NCBI GenBank assembly: GCA_973895155.1
Contig: OZ316894.1
Coordinates: 25,356,709-25,420,708, forward strand
Reading direction: 5' to 3'
DNA from: Marsupella aquatica
Lineage: Eukaryota; Plantae; Marchantiophyta
Length of the DNA: 64,000 nt
The first letter of the stretch is position 1; the number at the start of each line of letters is the position of its first letter. The notes under the pieces are model-generated. The model had not been told where the DNA came from and searched no databases. It saw only the letters and a list, made by a program, of their open reading frames with translations. A program made the translations under genes and the position numbers. This document shows, piece after piece, positions 26,255-37,944 of this stretch.

Positions 26255-27467
26255 GTTGACACGACCAGTCGCGTGAAAATATTGTGAGGTTCCTTTTATG
26301 ACCAGTTGACGTGACCAGTCGTGTGTGAGAAGAAAACTGGATAGATTTACTGAGCGCGTACCATATCCAAATTTCCACATGGAAGGTTCAGTGGATATAG
26401 TTATTTAGGTTCAGTTGACGCGACCAGTCGCGTCAGAGATATCTCTCTCATTGACTGGTTCTGTTAGAGGAGGTAAGGTTCCTTTTAGGACCAGTTGACG
26501 CGACCAGTCGTGTGTCAGAAGGAAACTGGATAGATTTACTGAGCGTGTACCATATCCAAATCTCCACAAGGAAGGTTTAGTGGATATAGTTGTTTAGGTT
26601 TAGTTGATGCGACCAGTCACGTCAGAGGTAGCTCTCTCATTGACTGGTTCTGTTAGAGGAGGTAAGGTTCTTTTTAGGACCAGTTGACGCGACCAGTCGC
26701 ATGTGAAAAGGAAACTGGATAGATTTACTGAGCGCGTACCATATCCAAATCTCCACAAGGAAGGTTCAGTGGATATAGTTGTTTAGATTTAGGTGACGCG
26801 ACTAGTCGCGTCTGAGGTAGCTCTCTCATTGACTGGTTCTGTTAGAGGAGGTAAGGTTCCTTTTAGGACCAGTTGACGCGACCAGTCGCGTGTGAGAAGG
26901 AAACTGGATAGATTTACTGAGCGCGTACCATATCCAAATTTCCACATGGAAGGTTCAGTGGATATAGTTATTTAGGTTCAGTTGACGCGACTAGTCGCAT
27001 CTAAGGTAGCTCTCTCATTGACTCGTTCTGTTAGAGGAGGTAAGGTTCCTTTTAGGACCAGTTGACGCGACCAGTCGCGTGTGAGAAGGAAACTGGATAG
27101 ATTTACTGAGCGCGTACCATATCCAAATATCCACAAGGAAGGTTCAGTGGATATAGTTATTTAGGTTCAGTTGACGCGACCAGGCGCGTCTGAGGTAGCT
27201 CTCTCATTGACTGGTTCTGTTAGAGGAGGTAAGGTTCCTTTTAGGACCAGTTGACGTGACTAGTCGTGTCTGAGGTAGATCTCTCATTGACTAGTTCTGT
27301 TAGAGGAGGTAAGGTTTCATTTAGGAGCAGTTGATGCGACCATTCGTGTCTGAGGTAGCTCTCTCATTGACTGGTTCTGTTAGAGGAGGTAAGGTTTCAT
27401 TTAGGAGCAGTTGACGCGACCATTCGCGTCTGAGGTAGCTCTCTCATTGACTGGTTCTGTTAGAGGA
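26255..27467. repeat. Tandem array: five 189-bp units (109+80) followed by 80-bp units, each subunit carrying an ACGCG-N6-CGCGT palindrome
   Basis: ATAGATTTAC recurs at 26341, 26530, 26719, 26908 and 27097; TGAGGTAG recurs at 27191, 27271, 27351 and 27431. Confidence 0.95.
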
Positions 27468-27606
27468 CGAAGCAACATTTATGATTTGTCACGTTGTGAC
27501 CTAAAAAAATCAGTCTCTCAAAGAATTGTTTATACATTCTGATTTGTAGACACGACCAGGCGCGTGAAAATAATCTCTGGGATATATCATTTGGCTGAAA
27601 AGAGTC

Positions 27607-29356
27607 ATGGGCGAACCTGGTCTGGAGAGCTTCAGATATCTATGCCCAATATTTGACGTTTTGGACAGAAGCCAAGATGGTCTACTGGCGGGATATTCTG
27701 TATTTGTTGAAACACTACTACCTGGACTTCCAAATTTCATTGTCGCGGAATTGATATGGCCTCGGATCAAGGAGACTTTTAATTCCTCGGCTAATGCAGG
27801 AAATTTCTCAATAAAGGAATTGGATGAGTTTGTAGGACTATCTTCGGTGTGTCGCAGATGGCGCCACCTTGTTGGGAATACCTATCTTCTGGGTGTAATC
27901 AAGTTGAGTTTATTAGATTTGGCTTTCCCACGAAATCCTACTAAACCGATCGGAAATGAGTCCTCTCTCATCGATAGTTCAAAGTTTCTTCCAGAAATAC
28001 CCAAGAATTAAATTCATGGGGTCAATGTCCAGAGATCTTAGGGAACTCTTCACGAAGACTTACGATGCTCCTCACCCTCTTGAAAAATGGAAATTTACAG
28101 TCAGATGCCACGAAGTTGGATACCTTGAGGGTGATATCTACGCTTTTAAGGAATTCTAGTTAACTTACGTGACCAAGCGCGTTGTATGTCTTCTAACAAT
28201 GTTTTGTGATATGATAAAAGCAGGATGAGCCAACTTTTGAATGAGGCTCGAGATTTCCTTTCATCTCATGAAAGGAAATAGAAAACAATATGGGATACGC
28301 TGGATGAAACCTCCTCTAGTCTCATTGGAGGAATACCAGATGTTTTGGTCATTTCAAACATTTGGCCAATACTCTACGAACACTTTATTTCAATTGAAAG
28401 ATTGCGTGGATATCGACACCTCGATAACGATTTGGTTATCGATAGGGTCCGAGACCTTATTCGGCTTGGAGCTTGTAGCAAGAAGTGGAAATTTTTAGTT
28501 ACAAATACAAGGTTATGGGCTATGCTCAAACAAGCAAACCGGATTGTCGATGTCGCAAATGAAGCTCTTTACGACATACCCGAAACTGAAGAGTTGGAGT
28601 TTGACTCAGTCTGTCGAGTTATTCGACAGGATATTTCTATGCTTCCAAAAATATTTGTTCTTGGGACTACTACTTCTGATGAAATCACATTGATTATGAA
28701 CAAATATAACAATTTAGATGAGAAAGAACGAGATGTTCTAATCGAAAGGTTTGGTAGATTTTCTCAGAATCTAGGTGGTCCTAGTTCTTAATGGATAGGT
28801 TCTTGTTCTTAATCTTTTCCATATTATGTTGCAGTCCTTTGACACGAATAAAAAATCTCATCGTCAAATGATGATGGAGCGCATTGCACGTGCAAAGGTT
28901 ATCAACCAAAACATGATATGGAGTCAAGCTGAAGACCTGATACCTGGTCTTCCAGACGATATTATCGAGAAATATATTTGGCCATTAGTCAAAGAGTTTT
29001 TCCACTGTTTTGGAAATTTGTCGGATACTGCGATTAAAAATTGGGTCATGGACTTGATCGCCATTCGAACAGTCAGTAAGAAGTGGTGCCACATAGTTAC
29101 TTATAGTAGTACTTGGGTGACGGTCACCTTGGTAGCTTACGACTTCACTGATAGACCAGGATATGAATCACTTCGAAGGCATTTGACTTCACGGAGTGTC
29201 GCATTAAGATTTACAGAATCCATCAGAACTCTCCCGCCGCTGGACATTCTGGGTGGATTTGAAGGATCTGAACTTGACACGTTTAGGAACCTTTGGTTTT
29301 GGTTAGATGAAGATGAGCGAGAAGATTGGGTCAGGATAAATGTTCCTAAAATGTAA
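27607..29356 (+). pseudogene. Three tandem F-box-like modules
   Basis: LLPGLPNFIVAELIWPRI..LSSVCRRWRHLV; LIGGIPDVLVISNIWPIL..LGACSKKWKFLV; LIPGLPDDIIEKYIWPLV..IRTVSKKWCHIV. Confidence 0.7.
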
Positions 29357-30199
29357 TTCAACACGACGTGACCATGCGCGTGTTAGTATTTTATAATAAA
29401 CGTTTAACTTTCAATATTTGTCTATTTCAGAATGGCTCCTACCGGAACTTCAAAGCGGAAAAGAGACTCATCTAAAGCTGCTTCTCGTAAGAAAGCCAAG
29501 ACAAAAATGACTCCCGCGGAGACATCCATACTTGCATATCGAGGAAAGTCAATCAGAGAGAGAACAACGAAGACAAAGAGTATCCATCTCTTTGAATCGA
29601 CTGAGATATCCAATTTTGGAATAGTCGTTCGCAATGGCGCTGTCCGTCTTGTGGTGGCAAAAAATGATAAAGCTACAGTTTTGGAGAGATCACAAATTCT
29701 TGGGTGTTTCTTTGAGAAGAATATGAAACTTAAAGAGTGTACAGAGGGATTGGTTCTGCTAGTCAGCGACGACCAGCCTGCTAGTCAGCGACGACCAGCA
29801 GAAGGACAAAATAAGCATTTGTTTGGATCGAACGCAATATGTAACCTTCAATCAGCCCAGAATCAATGATCTTCTAGGTGCAAGGCACGCCTTGGAAAAG
29901 GTTACTAGTGTGGGATATCCTTCCGATCCAGAGGGATCAACGGGAGATTTGATTTGTCAATACATTATTGACGTACTTGAGTTCCAGAGAGTTCCTTTCA
30001 ACCAGGGATTTCGCTTGGGAAAGGCCCCGCCAGTGAGCAAGGTTGAAGTATACTCGGCGAAGAATCTTCCGAAAGTAATTACCTCAGCGAATGTCAGGGC
30101 TCTGTTCAATTCTTTCCTCAAAGAATATAGTGCTGTGAATATATTTAACAGCAAGTCATTTTTTGTTGAGACATCACGTTGTCATCTTGCACCGGACCA

Positions 30200-30692
30200 C
30201 ATCAAGTGCCGAGAGTGGAATCAGGATTAAACAGATAGGCTAAAGAATTCACTCCTCTCTCATTCGACTATAAAGTTCGAAAACCGATGCTGCTTTTTAG
30301 TCCCTGTGAAGTGGGTTCAGTCAGAGGCCGACAGAGATCCCGACTACAATGGGGCGCCCTACAATTCGGCGCCAAAGGAGGAGGACATTATGACCAGTCA
30401 TTTCTGGATACTCAGAGGCCAGCACACAATAATGGCGTACAAATTGCTGAAAGAGGACGACAAAGTCAGCCAAGTTGTACGAGACGCTTGCTGTACTGTA
30501 GAAGTTGTAATGTTTTGGGCAATGCTCAACAACGACAATAATGTTCATTTGATGGGATTATCGAAAGCTCTGAACCACTGTCATCAAACATCAATGGAAG
30601 AAGGACAGTTTCTCACCATTGTACGACAGTGTTGTAATATCTGGAACTCATTTGGGCGGCCTGGATCACATTATTGTCATCCAAATTGGAAG
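30200..30692 (+). pseudogene. ParB/sulfiredoxin-like domain (tentative)
   Basis: CREWNQD*TDRLKNSL...FWILRGQHTIMAYKLL...LSKALN resembles the ParB-N pattern R..., hhhxGxHRxxA and distal N. Confidence 0.45.
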
Positions 30693-32920
30693 GTATATAA
30701 ATAACCCTCTTCGATCACATTATCGTTTCAACTTTTGTCACGCAAACGGTCGCGTCAAGCTTAGAATTGTCATGTTTCCATTGTTTTTCAGGTATTTATG
30801 AGAGCTAAGAGTTTTGTTTGCCCATGGGCTCAAATGGGGAAGAACAAAATGATGAAATTTGGAGAATTGGCTCCGTTTCTCTTTACAATGGAGGACGAAA
30901 CATTCAAGAAGTGGATGGAGATCTACGAACTATCAAGGTCAGGAGAGCTTGTAATTTACAATGGAATTTTACAGAGGGACGCCGTCAAAATCACGGATAA
31001 TCCATGTGCTTATCATCTTCTGAAGAAGACGTTCCGTTCTTGTCAAGGGTGCTCAGACTCGGTTCTTCGAAAGGCAGCGGAATATATGTTGAGCGGAAGA
31101 CTGTCTATACTCAAAAACCAAAGCATCAAAGTGAAATCTGGGAAGGCGAGGAAGTCCTCTGAGGCTCCAGTGTTGTCAATGACCAGCATGAGTTTGGAGC
31201 AATTCTGTATAAAGAAGAAGACGAAAGTTGAGTTTGAGATTTTATTATTGAGTAAACTCAACGGGGATACATCCACCCGAACGGAGATGAAAAGTCTGAC
31301 AGATTCAGCGCGGAAATTGCGGGTCAAAGGAATGATTGATCACTTTAAGCTTGACAAGATGGTGCTGAAGCAGTTGAGAGATGCATTGAGTGGTTATTTG
31401 AAGAAGTGCTTAAATGTAAATATTAGTAATGATAATTTGTTGAAAGAGATCAACCCGATATTCTACAGGTTGGTGGAAGGAATATAGAAATCAGTTGATA
31501 GTCAAGGAAACTAACTAGTGCGGCCGGTCGGTGAGAGGCTGAAATTGCGATCCCTACAGGATATACAAAATGCTGGGTTTGCATACTATATCATACGTGA
31601 AGACAAGAACCTTGCGAGCTTGATTTATTTTGATCCCTCATCAATGGGAGATTTTGCGTCCGCCAAATTGTTCATTCTATGAGGGGTTATTTCGTGCTAC
31701 TAGCGAGATAGGGGCAAAACCACACCATGTGGTTATTATTGTAGCCTCTCCTGTTGAGTCTTACTTAATCAAACGGGAATTAGGGAAGTACACACACTAT
31801 GTTGCTGTCGATAGCCATTATATTCAGAAGCGGCCGAAGGAGAAGAAGCTTATTGTAACCTACGCTTTTCACAGCTTGGCCTTCAGCACAATGGGCGATC
31901 CACAAGCCCTCGAGTTCCAATTGGTCTCCAAATATCAGATTGAGAAGATAGCCAATTTTGAAGAGAGCGGCGAGTTCACGACACCTTCCCCGGAAAAGAT
32001 ACTTCCATTCTTTGAAAGTATTGTTAGTCAATTCGTCCAATGTGGGGAATGGGCTATATGCTTCGGTGAGGGAATGAACTTGATCCAGTGCTTAATGGTA
32101 AGTTTTGAGATTTATATTTTGGGGTTTCAATTTTAAGATTATTTAGATTATTATATTCTCAATTAATATTGTGAACTAATTTCGGCTTTTTTTACAGGAT
32201 GCTGGATCCAATGTAAAATATTACTGCCCTGTGGCAACGCATAGGGAGTTGTCTTGTTTCTTGCAACACACCACGGCGACAATTGATACAACGCTGTCAT
32301 TGATTGACCCAGTACGGGCTAGTATAGAAAAATATATAGATAAATTAATGAAGTACCGTCCATCCGTAACTGCTCTCAGGGCTGATGTTTTGGATGTCCT
32401 CCACGAACAACATATCCCTGATAATATTTGTAATCAATTATTGCAAGAATATGCACTCTCTGAAGATTCCAATCGATTGTACATTCGACCAACGGAGTAC
32501 CCTAGTGGGCAAATCCAAGGTAGGTTACTTTTAAAACCTCTTACTTTTTATTGTGTCACGCGAACATGCGCGTGGACATTCATAACATTTCTTTTCACGC
32601 AAATATGCGCGTGAGTCATTCTTATCAAATGATCTGATTTTATTCAGATCAAGTCGACTGCGGCTTCAATATCTTAGAAGGGAGCAATGGTGATGCGGAT
32701 GGTGAGGGGGAAGGTGACGCGAAAAGTGACGCGGATGGGGATATCAATGACCAAGATCCAGAGTGGATGACCGATACGCAGAACGACCTCGGAGATTCCG
32801 ACAATAGAGGAGATGAAGGATGCTGAGGACGCTGATGAAGAGGACAAGGAGATGGAGGGTTCTGAGGACGCTGAGGACTCTGATGAAGAGGCCACACAGG
32901 AGCCTCGACATGAGGTGGAC

Positions 32921-33510
32921 CGAGAGGAGGCGGCCCGGCAGGAGGAGGCCCGGCTGGAGGAGGCCTGGCAGAAGGAGGCCAGAGAGGCGGCCCGGCAGGA
33001 GGCGGCCCGGCAGGAGGCAGCCCGGCAGGAGGAGGCCAGAGAGGAGGCGTCCCGACAAGAGGCGGCCCGGCAAGAAGCGGCCCGACAAGAGGCGGCCCGA
33101 CAAGAGGAGCTTCAAAAGAAGGAGGCTAAGAAGAAAAAGACAGCAGCTAGAAAAGCAACTGCCACGAAGAAGAAGGAGAAAGCCGAGGCTGAGAATGCCG
33201 AGGCTGAGAATGCTGAGGCTGAGAAAGCCCAGGCTGATAAAGCCCAGGCTGATAAAGCCCAGGCTGAGAAAGCGAAGGCTGAGAAAGCGAAGGCTAAGAC
33301 AGCGGAGGCCGAGAAAGCCCAGGCTGAGAAAGCCGAGGCGGAGAAAGCCGAGGCGGAGAAAGCCAAGGCTGAGAAAGCGGAGGCTGAGAAAGCAGAGGCG
33401 GAGAAAGCCCAGGCTGAGAAAGCGGAGGCCGAGAAAGCGGAGGCTGAGAACGTAGAGGCTGAGAACGCGGAGGCTGAGAAAGCCCAGGCTGAGAAAGCGG
33501 AGGCTGCGAG
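32921..33510 (+). repeat. Coding minisatellites (15-bp units): RQEAA and AEAEK/AQAEK pentapeptide repeats
   Basis: ORF 32813-33799 contains ~10 RQE(A/E)A units followed by ~20 A(E/Q/K)AE(K/N) units. Confidence 0.9.
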
Positions 33511-34482
33511 AGTCCTTTTAGTGACAGAGGCAAATAGGGCCAAGGCGGAGAGTGTGGCGGCTGAGAGGCTACTGGTCGAGAGGATGGCGGACGAGACCGC
33601 AAGACCGGAGAGGGTGGAGGCGGAGAAGTTGGAGGCAGAAAAGGTCAATTCCGCAAGACTAGAGAGAGAAGAAGCCGCAAGACTGGAGGCAGCGAGGAAG
33701 GAGGCCGAGAGGGCCAAGGATCTTTCGCTTATTCCTGAGGCACAATGTCTACCGAAAATAAGGCTGAATTTGAAGAAGCCTTCTTCGCCCGGAGTTTGAA
33801 TTTAACGATCCATCCTTAAGTACGGTCTCGTTTGATGATTGGAATAAATATTCACCGGAGCAGCTCCGAGTCCAGGCAGTCCTTGCTTTGCAATATTGGA
33901 AGGGTCTTTTGATTACCGAGGAGAAGACTGCCACTGCATCCAGAATGGAGACAATCATCAATAATGTCCGCTTTTCCGAGAATCGAGTGCAAGACCTGGG
34001 AATGTCTTTGGCACCAGACTCGGCTCAAGTCATTAAGAGACTAACAGCTGACCTGACGCGACCGGGTTCGTGGTCTCGACCCCGATATATTGCAGAGGTC
34101 ACTCGCGCAAAAATTGTGGCACCGGATATTTTGGAATCGGATTCCCAGATTATGGAATATTTCAATCAAATGCCACAACCATTTGAAGGTCTTCCCGCCT
34201 CATCGCTCCAACCTTCGCAAACTAGTCCGATGGAGCGATCACTGCGGTCTCGAGGAGGGCTGAAGGATGTTGTTGCGATTGAGGCACCCAAGAGATCAGC
34301 TGCGAAAAGGCCGGATCCACCCAATCCAAAGGTCATTCGCAAGCTATAAGCTTAAAGTTTCTATTATAGACGTCATTATTTTATTATTGATTTGTTATTG
34401 TTTCTGTTTTCTGAGGTAGAACCCTTAGGCTACAACCTCAGTACGTTATTTGAGGGCGTACTGAAATCTTTGTTTTTTGCAG

Positions 34483-35165
34483 TTTTTTGAAAATTCGGCT
34501 AGTCGAATAGATCAATGCCTTGATCCTTCTAAGGATATGGAAGAGCTATTGACCAAGTTCTTACAACACTCGATCAAGAGGAAACATATGATGTGTCTGA
34601 GACCGCGCGAGTTGCTCACCGATGATATAATTAACGCTTATTTGAGTTTTCTCGAACTGATTCTCGATAGAGTTGGAAAGTCAAACCTTGTCAAATTCTT
34701 CCAAACACACCATTTTGAGCTTCTCTCCATGGATCCTACCATTTTCGACGAGGAGAGAGCAGCTTGGACAAAGGAGTTTCCGCTAAAAATCAGTCAATAC
34801 GACAAACTGGTCTTTCTAGTACACAATGCTGTGAAAGAACATTGGTCATTGGTAGTTGTGTATCCGAAGGAGAAACGGCTGGAGTACCTAGATTCTCTAG
34901 TTCATAATCGACAAAATCCTGGGGTGCTAGATATTGTTGGGAAGTACTACGCCGATGAAATTGGCTGGAGAACTGGTGTCAACTTGGATCTCTCAGGTTG
35001 GGAACGGATATATCGGAATGATATTCCTCACTAGAGTGACGGCCACAGTTGTGGTGTGTTTATCCTTGGATACGCCAAGTGCTTGTGTCAAGGAAACAAA
35101 ATTAATTTTGCCGCAGATCAAATTGAGAAATTCCATAGGGAGATAGTCTTGTCGTTATTTGACAT
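34483..35165 (+). pseudogene. Ulp1/SENP (peptidase C48) SUMO-protease domain
   Basis: LRPRELLTDDIINAYL, EHWSLVVV, YLDSL, then IPH*SDGHSCGVFI read through TAG 35032-35034. The His-Asp-Cys triad is intact; the stop sits at the oxyanion Gln position. Confidence 0.88.
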
Positions 35166-35559
35166 GGACTTCCGCAAGCCGACGTCTGCAAGCCGACGTC
35201 CGCAAGCCAACGTCCGCAAGTAACCTAGTTACCGGGATCCGTGCTGCTATGATTGACATTTCCAGCGGAATTCCAGCACTGAACGACCGTCTTGTACAGG
35301 TAATACACTTCATTTCAGTGTCTCTCTTTGTAGTCACGCGACCGTTCGCGTTATAAACTTATTTTCATTTCTTAATATTTTACAGAAGCCTATCCCGAAA
35401 CCCCCCGATCGAGTATCGAAGGCACCAGTCCGGAAGTCCGGTGATCATCCGGAGGCGGGAAACAAACAAACCATTCTAGTACGTTCTCCAAACCCTGCGG
35501 CACAAAAATCATAGGTATAGATGGTGCCTAATCCATCGGCAAAGAAGTCACCGGTTCAG

Positions 35560-37944
35560 AAGAGACTTGTAATTTTTGATCTGAATCGGGTACTTATCTG
35601 GTCATAGAAGATCAGCCCTGGGATGCCCATTCGGTCAAGGGGTGTGAGACACATGCACAAGGTTATCTATCCAAGGCCTGATTTAATGGAATTTCTTGAG
35701 AAGGTGGCAGATCTATACGACATTGCGATCTGGTCGTGCATGTTCAAACGAAATATTTTATCTTGTGTAAGGCTGATACTTTGACCCGAAGTTTTGAAAC
35801 ATATTAAATTTATATGGGGACAAGAATCAACTCGACTTATAGGGAAGAATAATAATGACATCCCCTTATTTGTCAAATGTCTCTCCGACATTGCCGCCGA
35901 TATTAAAGATTACAACATCGAGAATGTCATTCTTATCGATGACGCTGCATATAAGACGAGCCTTAATGACATCTATTCATCGCTGTATCCCGATGCATAT
36001 TTTGGGCTCGATGATGACCTATTTTTTAGAAAGAAACTATATCCATATCTATGCGACATGTCAATTGACAAGTTGACATTCCGTGAGCTCCTTAGTGGAT
36101 ATGGGATTCCAACGTTCTCTCAAGAAAATCTTGAGAAAGATTATATTGATAAGACGAATCTTTGGAGGAGAAATGTGATCATTCGTAATCAGGGGAATAA
36201 AGACCATTTAGAAAAGTTTGACGAATTTATGAAATACTTATTTGCCAAAAAAGACCGTGCTATAGAAGCCCGGGATAAGTCCAATAAGTAAACGTTTATT
36301 GTTTATTATCAATTATTATTTATAAATTGATTGAAATTGAACTTTATATTTTGGGAGTGACGCGCCCGGTCGCGTGGTTGTTTGCAATTGCATAATATGA
36401 GAATCGAATTGTTCATTTACAGGTGTCTAAGTGGAGCAGGTCGCGTCAACTTCTAGTTTTAGGACTGGAAAACTTCCTGTGCTCTGTTTCAAAATATACT
36501 CCTCAGCTCAAGTCGACACCCGGAATTCGTATCGGATCTCTATGTGTCATTCCGAGGCCGCATCTTCATGATCTTATAAAATTCTGTTATGATCATTTTG
36601 ATGTGATGGTCTGGTCTATTCTCGACGATAAACTGGTTTATCAGATACTTTTAGAAGTTTTGTCGAGCACCGACTTGTCGCAGCTGATATATGTGTTCAC
36701 GCAGGATCATTGCTGGAATCTTGGTTATGTGAAGAAAAATTATAAGACTGTTGTCTTCAAATCTATCGAGAGACTACGTGATATGTTTCAAGATTATCGA
36801 CCAGAGAATATAATCCAGATTGATGCCTGTCCTTCCCATACATGCCAGACAGCTGTATGCGGATTATTGTTCGCTAAGTCATTTCAAGGATCGTTGGATG
36901 ATCTCTTTTTGAGGGATGACCTCATTCCATATTTATGAAAGCTATCAAATCCAGGGCTTTGTCTTGCGTTCGCTAACAAGTTCGATTATCCCATCTGGTC
37001 GATTAGAAATCTACATCGAGATTGGGATCTGAACGAGGATATATGGGAGCATCTGTACGTGCAGAGACATGCGGATCAAGTTCTTATCAAGCACTTCAAC
37101 AGACGTCACTTATCAATGGCCAGAGTGTAGAGGATGTTTTCTCTGTAATATGTGACGCGACCATTCGCGTGACTACATCCATACGGGCTCATGCATCTTC
37201 TTGTGTTTCTCTACAGGAGATTCATTGCAGCAGAGAAAATGGGCTCATAGTTTTAGATGTGGAGCATCTACTCTGTTACACTGCACCGCGTTCCCGACTG
37301 ATGGCGGTCTCAACTGCAATTCGGATTGGGAATATATACGTTTTTCCAAGGCCTCATCTTCACGAATTCTTGAGATTCTGTTTTGAGAATTTCGATGTAG
37401 GGATCTGGTCCTCTCTTGGGAAGAACCTTTTAGATCAGATTTTAGCATCTATTTTTACTGCGATGGAAATGGCCTCATTTAAGTATATTTGGGATCAGTC
37501 TCATTGTTACTTATGCGATGGGGTGACATCAGATAAGCGGATATTTTTGAAGTATTTTGAGAAGGTTGGAATTTATACGAAGGCGATCTGCAGCAAAATA
37601 TAATGCTTATCGAATCCGATGCATTTCATGCTTGTTTAGATCCTGTTGTTGGATCATTATTTCCGCCCAAATATTTTGGGTCGATCGACGACAATTTCCT
37701 GATTAACTTGCTGATTCCGTATCTTAGCAAGCTAGCAAACTCTTGTGAGCCGCTTGTTATTGCCAATGGAAGAGATTATCCTAATTGGTCAGTTAAATCT
37801 ATTTTTAGAGATTATGATTATAATCATACTCTATGGGAAGACCCTGTGATTCAGAGGCATGGAGATAGATATCTAGTAGAGCAATTTAACAGACGCCCAA
37901 TTTTGGACGCTTCCAAAATAATAGTCGGCATGAGATCAGATTAA
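35560..37944 (+). pseudogene. Three tandem FCP1/NIF (HAD-fold) phosphatase-like domains
   Basis: Each copy has LVIFDLN / LVLGLEN / IVLDVEH, then PRP(D/H)L.(E/D).., (Y/F)D(I/V).(I/V)WS, (W/F).Q, K.L and N.(I/M).I(D/E). Copies at ~35560-36290, 36423-37125 and 37217-37944. Confidence 0.8.

Larger units (their letters stand above)
27607..37944 (+). pseudogene. Large spliced multidomain cargo gene (or gene cluster) of the giant transposon, now decayed
   Basis: Consecutive + strand ORFs are joined in frame by GT-AG introns at 29353-29430, 30693-30791, 32098-32197, 32520-32647, 35300-35385 and ~37125-37216. Remaining breaks are stops, frameshifts or unclear junctions. Confidence 0.7.

Noticed and set aside
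26255-27467. CRISPR-like array (palindromic repeats at regular spacing)
   Set aside because: The intervening sequences are themselves repeated rather than unique spacers, there are no cas genes, and the context is eukaryotic.
32744-33717. Long overlapping ORFs (Arg-rich 32820-33455; minus-strand 33112-33717, 32744-33115 and 33294-33602)
   Set aside because: These are shadow frames of the 15-bp coding repeats, which lack stop codons.
27607-37944. Endogenous giant virus or Polinton origin of the cargo region
   Set aside because: No polymerase, capsid or packaging ATPase motifs were seen. The region has spliceosomal introns and lies within DDD-transposon TIRs.
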